Below are positions 12,698 to 24,007 of a stretch of DNA of 64,000 nt, piece by piece; position 1 is the first letter of the stretch; every line of letters starts with the position of its first letter. The notes below the pieces were generated by a model. That model ran no database searches. It saw only the letters and a list, made by a program, of their open reading frames with translations, and was not told where the DNA came from. Source of the DNA: Cystobasidiomycetes sp. EMM_F5 (lineage: Eukaryota); NCBI GenBank assembly GCA_051047955.1, contig JBPGPT010000005.1, positions 620,001 through 684,000 of the forward strand, given 5' to 3'. The position numbers and the translations under genes were made by a program.

Positions 12698-14078
12698 TCA
12701 CAGTGGCCTCGTGACAACATCCTTGCGAGCAGTGCAAGATTTGCACATCGTTCGCTGCTGTCGTCGCTTCATTATAAGCCTCGACCGGAGTGCTGAAATC
12801 CTTTGCCTCAGGGCCGGATTTTGGCTCCCATCGGACAAGTGCCTCCTCATCCTGTCTTGCAGCAGTCTCAAATTCCGATGCAATACCCCTCGTGATTGCA
12901 ATACGACGAATGCGAGGGTTCCAGTGAGTGCACCGCCAACGTGAGCGGCATGGCCGATCCTAGCTTCCTGCGAGCGACACACTGATTCAGTAGCGCACTA
13001 GTTTCAAAAGCCTTCGATATTACTGGCATAGTGCGGGCTTTATAGCCCTCCGATATCAATTGAGCGGCCAGAAGGGACCACGGTAAAAGTGCAGAGCCAA
13101 CCATAGGTGATAATCGTTTTGCTAGAACCGCGGCCGAAAAAGCCATGATACCTAACACCGCACCAGAGGCGCCCACGAACAGAAACGGCTGGTTGCCGAG
13201 CGTAGGGTCGATGTAACGTGTGTTGTTGATCAGAGCGGCTAGATTTCCTGCAATCCCTGATCCCACATATACAGAAAGGTACTGTGAATTCGTGAGAACC
13301 CTGAAGGCCATAGGAGCTTTTGCAGCCACATTTTCAATACCAATATGCTGCAGTCTGATGGGAGGCTTACATAAAACTGCTAATAGGAACATGTTGCAGG
13401 CAAGGTGTTGCATGTCTATATGCGATAGACAACTTGTCACGATGGACTGCATGATGGATCATCAGCTTCTTCCCGAGCGTTGCCAGATGGTGAACTTGCC
13501 CAAGGGTGCGAATCGAGGAGACTTTCAGACATAGCTTTGCGCTTGAATAAGGCAAGATTGTACAGACAGAACAGTCCAATCGACTCGATCTTGGTCCTGT
13601 GAAATTGACAAGCAAGAGTGAGCGTTGTATTCAGATGCTTCAGCTTACCGTACTCTTTGTATATCGCATTGAGAAGAAGCCACAAGGCGAAAACCATGCA
13701 GTTGATGGCCAAAATAGAGAGTAAAATCGTGCCCGGCGAAGCCTTGTTGATGTGGTCCGCCGCTCGTTTGAGGCCGCACTCGCCGAGGCTGATCTTCCAC
13801 GGTTCGCTGTTCGCTTTCGAAGAAATGGGTTTGGGAAAAGGAATCGACGGTCGTGCCCATTGTGTAATATGGGATATCCCCGGAACAGGCGACGGAAGAG
13901 TGCGCAATTTAGCGAAGCGAGCCCTTGCTGCGCTGACGAGTTCACTGTCCTTTACATGGCGGAAGGTGGAGAACGACACGGTGGAGGGATAAGTGAGCGG
14001 AAGCTGTGAGCGGAGTCCTATCCTCAACACCCTGCAGGTGTTTGTTCCGAGGACGAGTCGGTCTAGAACGCGCTTCAT
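12698..14078 (-). CDS. Rhomboid intramembrane serine protease, PARL/Pcp1-like (copy 2, divergent)
   Basis: Presequence-like N-terminus; VTSCLSH...HLACNM; FVGASGAVLG; EARIGHAAHVGGALTG; basic C-terminal tail. Confidence 0.8.
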
Positions 14079-14484
14079 AATTGGATCTCGGCTTGGCTGT
14101 CTTGTCGTTCTTCAGCTTACAGAAGATGAAACTCACGTTAAGTAGGTAATCTCAGTAACATCGTACGAAAGAACCGTGCTCGAAAGCGTCAAAGAATGAA
14201 AAGATTACGGAGCTGGAATGTAAAGACCTGGCTACCGAAGTGAGGGGATCCGTGCGATATACAATGCTGCATATTATGCCTCCACAGGATAATATTTTCT
14301 TTGTCCAAACGATGGTGCTTTTCGGCTGAGAGGGTCAGTGTAAAGAGAAAAGACGGATCGAAGCGCAGGGTATCCTCGCTCATCGCAGAACCGACCGTTG
14401 TCTGAGGGTCTGTGCGCCGCCACGGCATGAAAGGCTTGAACGAATCACATTGCATGTCTATTGATATGGGTATGGACAGAATCA

Positions 14485-17400
14485 TCAGTACTCGATATCC
14501 AGACTGGCCCGGGTGCCGGAAGTACTGCTCGAATCAGCTCGATGTAGGCGCCTCGACGATGCCAGCCTGCGCTTTGCCTTCTCGACAGGTGGCAATGGGT
14601 CCTTTCCTTGTCGATAATCTGGTTCTTCACCAGCAGGCAATGAAGATGTTCTTTGTCGCCTGCTGGGCGTTGCTGGCGACTGAGGCCCGGCAAGCGCTGC
14701 CGAATTTGATGAAGACGACCTCCGACGGTGGTGGGAAACCGGCGGTCGCGACATTGGTGATATTGGAGACTGTACAGATGGCGATGTATAGCTGTCAGAC
14801 CTAGGAGGTGCGGAGTTTGGCGGCGCTTCTAAGCGATATTCATTTAGATTGTCAACTTTCGCAGATCTCGCAGCTGCAGAGCGCTCCATGTCCCGTTTAA
14901 TGTCAGAGAGGACAGAGCTTGGTGAAGACATCGGAGCATATCCGTTTCGAGATTGTGTCTGCAGAAATGAAAAAGTTATACAGGGATACAAAAAAGGAAC
15001 AGAGTCAACATTGCACTCACTTCGTCAACAGACATCGTTTGGCGAGATGAACGAGGACCCCGAGCGATGGAGATGTTGCCCATGCTAGTTTCGAGAAACT
15101 TGTCGTCCTCTTCCACTTCAGCCGGATGATTATCTTCCTCGGACGAGAAGACCGCATCGGGCAATTTGCCGTTACGCGACCTAACAGCTCGAATTCCGCG
15201 GGTGTTGTTCGTCTGCTGACCACCGACTCTGTACATTCCGAGGGTATGGGCAGATCCAGCACGCGAATGAGACGGCTGGCGCATCATGTGCGTTGGCGAC
15301 GGACTGCGTGAACGTTGTATAGACATCGGTATTCCGCTAGTCAGACTGTTGTCGAGATCCGTCCCGTTTCTCATGCTCGCAGGAAGCCCTGCAAGTCCTG
15401 CATTTGATGACCGGCGAGATACGGACGGCGAAATGTTGAGTGTTTCGGAAGTTGCGCTAGCTCGACGTGCCGAACTCGATAGCAAGAGCGGCTTTGGACC
15501 ATTGGATGGTCGCCTTTCTGATACTACTGAAGTTGGAGTGCCATAGCCAAGACTTGCCTGGCCGCTGCTCGGAGATAGAAACCTGCCCGTAGAGGCCGTA
15601 GGTGGCGTAAATGGAGGGTCATGAGAGGGGCTTGGTGGGCGTATCGCAGTCTTTGCGCTTCCGGCTACAGTATTGACACGAGCGGAAACATCTGAGCGCA
15701 ACTTGAAGATGGTCGAAGGCGCAGACTCTTTCCACTGCAATGCAGCAATATATCCATTTGTCGTGGCTTTACTGAGGGAGGCTGCAGCATCACTCTGCGC
15801 CAGTGTCGAGGCGTACTTTCCGAGCATTGCACTTGCTGCAGCAGGTGAGTAGTTGACTGACGTACGCTTGCTTGGTGACAAAGGAGTCCCTGAAGGCGTG
15901 TGTGCGGAATGCGCTTTGGCTGGCGTGTGGATCGAGGTTTCTGATGGCACATCTTCAGGCAGTTCTTTCGAAGGTGATCGCCAAAATCGGCTTTTGAAGG
16001 CTTTAGCAGCGCTACTCTCCGCTGCGGCACTTAGCATATTTTTGGCAGATTGTAGGCCTGTACTAGCTACGCTGGTGCCTGGTTGAGCAGTATCTTCAAA
16101 GCCGTCGTTCGGAGCTGCAGGAGAGTTTGGTACAGACGAATACGACGCGATATTGAGGCCAGTCAACGAGCCCGTTATCCGCCGTTCCCGTATTGAAAAA
16201 GCCACAGCCAAAGGGACTTGTATATCGTCACATACATAATTTTGGAGCATTTGTAGACAAGAAGAGAACTGGAGTATGCGCGATTAAATCATTTTGTATT
16301 CACAGGCTTCAAACTTTGTAGTGAAGATACTCACATTCGAAGAAAGCAGCTCCCGCCGCTTCATGAGGACAATAGCACAACAAAAGTCGAGAACGAAACC
16401 TTTGGCGGATGGTCCTTCTAACGTGCCTGCTTCGCGCCTCGTCGGTGTATGTATATTATCGGTCGCCTGCTCCAAAAGGGCAAAGATCATGTCCCAGATC
16501 TGCACCAAATCCGGGATCGGTACTTCCATAGCGAACAGAGTTGTAATCCACCTCAAAGCATAAAATGTTCTTTGAGCAGAACGCGACAGATTCAGCTCGG
16601 ATGAAGCAAACCAACGTGCCCATAAACATACGGTTGGATCTCTTTCTGGCGATGTAAGCTATAGGCTAGCTCCGCATCCAGCCAGTGCAGCTCTTGCGCA
16701 TAAGCCCTCAAGGTCGCACCGAGACCAGTACGCGATTGTCCTGTTTGACTGGACGTGTTATTCCAGGAGGTATCGGGCAGTTGCAGCAGTGCACCGTCGC
16801 TGTCCTGGACAAAAAAGTCGCCAAACTCGGCCATGAGGGAAGAGAATGCCCAGAACGTATCTTCTTCTGCGTACATAGCTTCTTGAGACTGGCTGCTCGA
16901 GTCGGACGGTATACTAGGCGAGTGCGCAAAGACGTAATATAGTGGGGCGGCTAGCTCGCTCATGCCTTGTACATAGTGTACAGGGTTTAGAAGAGCAAAT
17001 ATGTATAGTATGCGAATAAGACATTCGAAATGACGATCCGCTTGTATCGAATCGGCCGTGTCGTCGCCGTATGATGCGGGAAAGCGCTCTTCAATCTCTT
17101 TCCGCCTATGCGGGTGCATGCGGTCGAGTCTGTCGAATATATTCCGTCGATATGGTATCGACACAATGGACGAAGTTGCATGATTGTGCCATGGCGCATG
17201 CTGCGAAAAGAAGGCATAAGAAGTCTGGGTCCGTCGAACATCCTTGTCTATATCGTCCAGCCAGACGTCCTGTTGCGGTCTGCGAGCTGGCTCGTCCTGC
17301 ATTCACAAAGCCATGACTTCATTCAGGCGGAATATAACGAAATACGTCAATGCATCCCACATACCGGCTGGACTTGCTCATCGGCAGCCAACAGCTCGCG

Positions 17401-17658
17401 TACTAGCTCCACGTATTGACTACGTCGCTGCGCTTTCGTTCTCTGACGGTCATGGAGCTGTGCTACCCCGAGCAAGCAACGCCATGCTTCCGGTCGATGG
17501 ATGTCTGGAATACCTCGCAGACAAGAATGCTTGAAGGCGTAGCTGTCGAGATGGGTGTCGTCGAGCAATGCTGCAAACTGCGCTTCCCTGGCAGATTGAC
17601 CCAAACTCGTCAAGGGCGTCAGAATGTCTCACGTTGTGGCTGCACACCTCGCGAGCAT
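14485..17658 (-). CDS. TBC-domain Rab GTPase-activating protein (TBC1D13-like) with a long Ser-rich C-terminus
   Basis: CLRGIPD..RPEAWRCLLG, DIDKDVRRT (Arg finger), YVQGMSELAAPLY (Gln finger), EEDTFWAF, RWITTLF..E..IPDLVQIWD. Confidence 0.85.
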
Positions 17659-17993
17659 GTTGAGTCCAAAGAGCAAGCCTAGACGAGACTACCGACGAGC
17701 ATTAACGCGGGCATATTACAGACAGTATAACATGAGCATATGGTTGCATTGTTGATTTATTTGAATGAAATTAAAAGGACCCATTAGCGCGCAGGTTGAA
17801 CGCCGTCTGACCAGACTTCAACTCGCGACTTCCAGCACAAAGCAGACTTGGACGCAGAGTAGGCTTACGATTCCAACAAACGACGGGCAACAGGCTGCAC
17901 CACTTCTTCTGAGCCACGGGCAGCCAGCTGTTTGCTCGCTCTGACAAAGGAATACCCTGCCAACACTGCTCGGCGATATCGACGCACAAAGCC

Positions 17994-19605
17994 ATGTTCA
18001 GGTCTCGGAAAGCCAGAAAGGACGAGACTGAGGATGAAGTAGCAGCAGAGATGAGGGAGAAGAAGAAGTGGAGCAGAAGGCCAGCCAGTGAGCTTCGCTG
18101 TGTCGAATGGGTTGGCTCCCGGATCTCAGAGTCGCGACCGAGCGATGACAGTCCAGATCCGGGATGCTGGCCTGTAAATTGGCTTGCAGCATTTAAGCTG
18201 ACTCCTGTACACTACCTGCGACGATTTTCTACTCTGCTCAAAGATACGGCCTTTAAACAGCGTAAGTCGCATGCTCAATATCGTTATGCCGCCGCGTTGC
18301 TGACTGGCCCCGAATCACGTAATACGAAATCGCAGAACGTCTCAAGGCATGGCAGCCAATCCTAACGCCAAAGACAGTCCTCCCAACATTCTTCATTATC
18401 GGAATCATCTTTGCGCCTATCGGAGGAGTCCTGCTCTGGGCCAGCAGTAAAGTCTCGGAGTTTACCATCAGTTACACCGACTGCGAGTTTACGGCTCCCA
18501 ACACCACGTTTGGCGACCTACCTTCGTCAGCGTATACGTACTCTGTTTCGGGATCGAGCGATATACCCATTGTCGCGCCGCAGTGGACCTTTACGACGAC
18601 CAATGATGCAAACACCCCAGCGCGCCTGCGTTCAGTGTGCACTTTGCGCTTTACCGTCCCAAAGACGCTCGACTCTAGCGTATTCATGTACTACAAGCTG
18701 ACGAACTACTTTCAAAACCATCGTCGATACGTAAAGAGCTACAACTCCGACCAGCTCAAGGGGGTAGCTAAATCGGCAAGCGATCTCAACTCGGATGGTC
18801 TATGCAAGCCTCTAGATCAGAATGCTCAAGGTCAACCAATCTACCCATGCGGACTCATCGCCAACAGCGTCTTCAATGGTAATTTCGCCTGTGCCATTGT
18901 CTGACTGCGAAGCTGACTGCCTACTCACCTTTCCAGATACGTACGATCAGCCGAGACTTATTCAAACATCTAGCAATGCTGCCGTAAGTCAGACGTACAA
19001 CATGACGGACCGCGGTATCACCTGGCCGGGCGAAGCGTCAAAATATGGCAATACAACCTATCAGCCGGGACAAGCTGTCCCTCCACCCTTCTGGGCACTG
19101 CGCTACCCAAACAACTACACCCAGGCTGGATCGTACCCCGACTTGGCGTCCGACGAGCATTTCCAGGTCTGGATGCGTACGGCTGGACTGCCCACGTTCC
19201 GGAAACTATACTATCGCAACGACAATGAAGCTATGCAAGCCGGTCGTTATGAAATGCGCATATTCATGAGTGCGTTGTGTAGCCTTCTGCCATTGCTTAT
19301 TGCAGCTGATGCAGAGCGTTATCAGACTACCCTGTCGCTCAGTTCGGAGGAACCAAATCCATCGTCTTCAGCACGGTATCTTTCATTGGCGGCAAGAACT
19401 CTTTCCTCGGTATCGCCTACATTGTCGTAGCAGGTATCTGCGTTCTTCTCGGCCTGCTCTTGACTTTGAGACACCTAATCAAGCCGCGCAAACTCGGTGA
19501 TATGAGATATTTGAGGTGTGTCGTAACCACAACCATATTCTTCCGCTTTAGAGCTAAGACTTTGTGTACTAATGTAGCTGGAATCGCGAGCAAAAGACAA
19601 AGTAG
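17994..19605 (+). CDS. CDC50: CDC50/LEM3 family P4-ATPase flippase beta subunit
   Basis: [94 protein letters not shown]. Confidence 0.95.
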
Positions 19606-19882
19606 GCTAGCATATTCGGAACCAGCTCAATCCGCCGAGGTGTGGGACCATCTAGTCTATGCGTTCAGTAGAGAGGTCGTTGATAGTGGTCTGATGTGTA
19701 TGCCTAGTGTTCTGTCTTGTGTAATACTGACTCAGCTTCGAAAGGACTCCCTCAAGTCGCATGCATTGTGTGGCAAATATCGATATCTATGTGTCTCTAG
19801 ACTGCTTGTTGGACAGCCTTCGTGCTTACCAACAGCTTGGCTGGCTGCACAAGCTGAGTTTTCATTACGGACTGCTGCAACG

Positions 19883-22429
19883 ATGCCCATCACAGCGCTG
19901 GCCATCATTACTGGCCTGCTACCGACGCTGGACGGCGCTGTGTGCGACTACATCAGCAGTTTCGAAAGCAGCGATGACTTGACGAGCGAGGACAGCGAGG
20001 AAGAACTGCGAGACTTTGTCAGACCTCTGCTGGAGGGAGAAGGCGTGGAGGCTGAGGAAGTGGAAGCAGCTATTGAGCAGATTCGAGCAACGAGAAGCCA
20101 TTTACACGGTCAAGATGGTGACGAGGGAGTCGCTGGGCCGAGCACGGGCGGAGCCCGTCGACTCGAAAAGGCAGTCGATATGAAGAACAATCCCGCAATC
20201 TCATTCACGGCCAGCCTGGCTAATGGTCCGGTCGACATCGAATCCACGACCAAGGCCCGGTCGACGCAAGTAGATTTGAAAAAGCTCGAAAAGGCTGAAG
20301 CAAAGATTCGAGCAAAGATGGAGAAGCGCTCGAGGAGGACAGTCGAATTTGAAGGTAGCAAACTGGTCGATGCGGCAAAAGCCCAACAGGCGTACGAAGA
20401 TATGTACATGAAGGTCAATCCATTGCAATCAGCAGCCAACAAGGGCAAATCAAAGGATATCCATCTAGACGCAATCGATGTCAACTTTGGCTCAAACCAG
20501 ATCCTCATGAATGCAAGTTTGACTCTGGCGCATGGTCGCAGATACGGTTTGATTGGTCGAAACGGTGTCGGCAAATCTACACTGTTACGAGCCATGTCTT
20601 TGAGAGAAGTGCCTATTCCTGGTCATATCACAATCCTTTCGGTCGAGCAAGAAGTGCTCGGTGATGACACTCCGGCACTAGATTCCGTCTTGCAGGCTGA
20701 TGTCTGGCGAGACAAGCTACTCAAAGAAGAAAAGGAATTGAATACAACGTTGATCGAGGTCGAGAATCTTGCGAATGCTACAGAAGACACAGCAGATGTA
20801 CGAAAAGCGAAACGCCAACGCGACGACGCAACTACGCGTCTTGGAGAAGTGCAGCAATTGCTGGTCGAGATGGAAGCTGATACCGCTCAATCAAGAGCGG
20901 CAGCACTCCTAGCAGGCTTAGGATTCAGCCAAGAAGATCAATCTCGACCCACGAGAACCTTCTCCGGTGGTTGGCGAATGCGTCTCTCGCTGGCGAGAGC
21001 GCTGTTCTGTAAACCAGATTTACTAGTGCGTTCTTGGCCTGTTCAGGCTGCCATGTCTGCTGACGAATATCGCAGATGTTGGATGAGCCTTCGAATAACT
21101 TGGATCTCAATGCTTTGGCGTGGCTGGAGGACTATCTACAGACCTGGCAGAATACTCTACTGGTCGTCTCGCACGATCGAGCTTTCTTGGACCACGTTGC
21201 GACAGACATCAGTAGGTCGTGGCAGCTGTTCAGAGTACTACTATATCTGACTATTATCCTTGTCAGTCTGGCAACATTCGCAGCGTTTAGACTACTTCAA
21301 GGGAAACTTCACTCAGTTCTACGCTACCCGTAGCGAGCGGCAACTACAACAACGACGGGAGTATGATGCACAGGTGCAGTACCGTGCACACTTGCAGGCC
21401 TTCATCGACAGATGGCGGTACAATGCCAATCGAGCGTGAGTTGATTACGTATCATCCCATCAGTATCAGTTGGTAATGAATAAGGTTGAACAGTGCACAG
21501 GCGCAAAGCAAAATTAAGATTCTTGAAAAGCTACCTGTGCTGGAGGCTCCAGAGGAGGAAGACAGCATGCAGTTCAAGTTTGCAGAAGCAGACAAATTAT
21601 CCCCACCTTTACTACAGCTCAACGAGGCTTCATTCGGCTACGAGCCTACCAAGCTGATTCTTGGTGGTGTCAACGTTGATGTGGGAATCGATTCACGCAT
21701 TGGTATCATTGGACCAAATGGGTGTGTCAAGCGTTACAATGTTGTAGAACTTGGCTGAGCGATAACGCTCAACAGAGCTGGAAAATCGACGCTTTTCAAA
21801 TTGCTGACAGGAGAGCTGAAGCCTCTTCACGGACAAGTGAACAGGAACGGAAGGTTGCGAGTAGCATATTTTGCGCAGCACCACGTAGATCAGCTCGATT
21901 TGGCAGTATCGCCTGTCGCTATGCTAGCACAACGATTCCCTGGCAAGACGGAGCAAGAGTATCGTGGCCATCTCGGAGCTTTTGGTATCACTGGCATGAC
22001 AGGTCTCCAGACGTTGAATACGCTATCTGGAGGTCAGAAGAGCAGGGTCACTTTCGCTGCCTTATCTCTGCAGGTGAGATATCTTCATATCTCGTTGCCA
22101 GCATTCAGCATGCTGAATCAGGTCTGCAGCGTCCCCATGTCCTCCTGTTGGACGAACCGACAAATCATCTGGATACATACGGTATGGATGCGTTGATTGG
22201 AGCTCTCAAAGTCTGGGTCGGCGGAGTCATCATGATTTCACACGATGAACGCTTCATCAACGCTGTCTGTAATCAGCTGTTTGTGTGTGCGGACGGAACT
22301 CTTACTAAATGGAAGGGCGACGTTAGCGCTTACAAAGTAAGCAATCCGTCAATCGTCGTGAGATGGCGCGTATACTGACTTCTTCGATAGCAACTCATCG
22401 TTTCAAATGCCAAGACGAAGCCAACATGA
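19883..22429 (+). CDS. GCN20: ABCF3/Gcn20 soluble ABC-F ATPase
   Basis: Two ABC cassettes ([52 protein letters not shown]), no TM segments, Gcn20-type N-terminal extension. Confidence 0.92.
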
Positions 22430-22758
22430 GGCGTGCTCAGACGGTTGGAATGTAAGCATCGGTACTCTGCCGCTACCACGAGTGAGGTATTTGGCGGAGA
22501 AAGTCATCAATGTGACCATGGTCTGAGTCTCCCGCAGAATTAGCAATCCGGTTGACGGGCTAGTCTTGTTTAAGTTTATAGCAGAAGGAACTCCTCGATG
22601 TGTTAGTATACGCTCTTCGCTATGTGTTGTCCTAATCGAAAGCATTCCGAGTTTCAGGCTTGCCGTCAAAGTCCGATTGCGGGCTCCAACTTTTGACGGC
22701 TTCAGACCCATCTGCCTGAGGCTTGCCGTCACCCGCTGTCCGCGACCCGTCACCCGCA

Positions 22759-23766
22759 ATGATACAAACAGCAGTCGCAAGGTCTGCTCGTGTTGGCGCC
22801 AGAGGCATCGTGCTCTCGTCGTCGTCTGCAAGAAGGGCAGCAGTCGCAGCAGCTCCAGCTGGACTGAGGCAGACCTACGCAACAGCTCAGATCTCGCCAA
22901 CGTCGACGCAGCCATCGCATGCTACACCTGGCGCACCCGTAAAGGCCGACAAGCTCCCTTCGCTCGGCTCTGTCAGTCCATAAACTTGTCCGCCAGAGCG
23001 TTTCTCGAGCAGCGAGATTGGATCACTCAATCTCGCGCGCTTCCGGAATGAAACGGTGGAATAGCAAAGCACATCTGGACAAGAGCTGACGTGGTGTACA
23101 TGTGCTGCAGATTGAGGCTTCGTGGGTCTCGCTGCCCCGTCCCGAGCAGGAGCGAATCTACAGCGAACTGCAGGAGCTGCAAAAGAAAGACTGGAAAGAG
23201 CTGAGCTTGGACGAGAAGAAAGCTTGTACGCGCAAACCATCATAAATCGTACCCAGTACACTGCAGCTGACTGCTATGCTACTCCGCAGCCTATTACATT
23301 GCATATGGACCTCATGGACCCCGGGCTCCTATCGTTCCAGCCGGCAGCGGACTGCAGGTCATCATGGGATCTTTGGTCTGCTTCCTCTTCGCCGGTGGCA
23401 TATTCGCTCTCGTACGATCTCGATGTCAGTGTTGCACCTTTTACCGATGCACCTATGCTTTCGCTGACGGTATTTTACTGGTCTCGCCGTCTGCTCAATT
23501 CGATCGCCCCGCTTCCTCCGGCTCGTCTGGCTTCGGTCGCTCATCATACATATGCATTGGGTACAGCACTGGAAACACCAAAGACGATGACAAAGGAGTG
23601 GAAGGAGGCTCAAAACGAGTACGCGAAAGAGCAGAAGATGGACCCGTAAGTTGCGCTCGATCTGAACGCCATACTGGGCAACCTTGTTGAGTTTCCCTAT
23701 TCCTGCAGTTTCACCGGGGCAAGCAGGCCAGATGGCAAGGGCAAGAGATTCGAGACAAGTATCTAA
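22759..23766 (+). CDS. COX5: Cytochrome c oxidase subunit IV (yeast Cox5), 5 exons
   Basis: Mitochondrial presequence; IEASWVSLP...LQELQKKDWKELSLDEKKA|AYYIAYGPHGPR; TM helix; PKTMTKEWKEAQNEY..EQKMDP|FTG. Confidence 0.92.
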
Positions 23767-24007
23767 CCTTCATCACACTTCAGTCGTTTAGATATAGTAT
23801 GTCTATACACAACGGTGCACGATCGATCATAGACTACGTTTCGCAGCCTATAAAACGCAGCATTGGACTTTGCATCTTCTCAAAGGCCTGCGTGTATGCC
23901 GTGTGCTGCCAATCTACTGATCGTCGGCTGCATATGCGACGAGGACTGAGTAATCCAAGCCTCCGCCCCTCAGAGTTGTTGAATATTTCCGACGAGAAGC
24001 GATTCGG

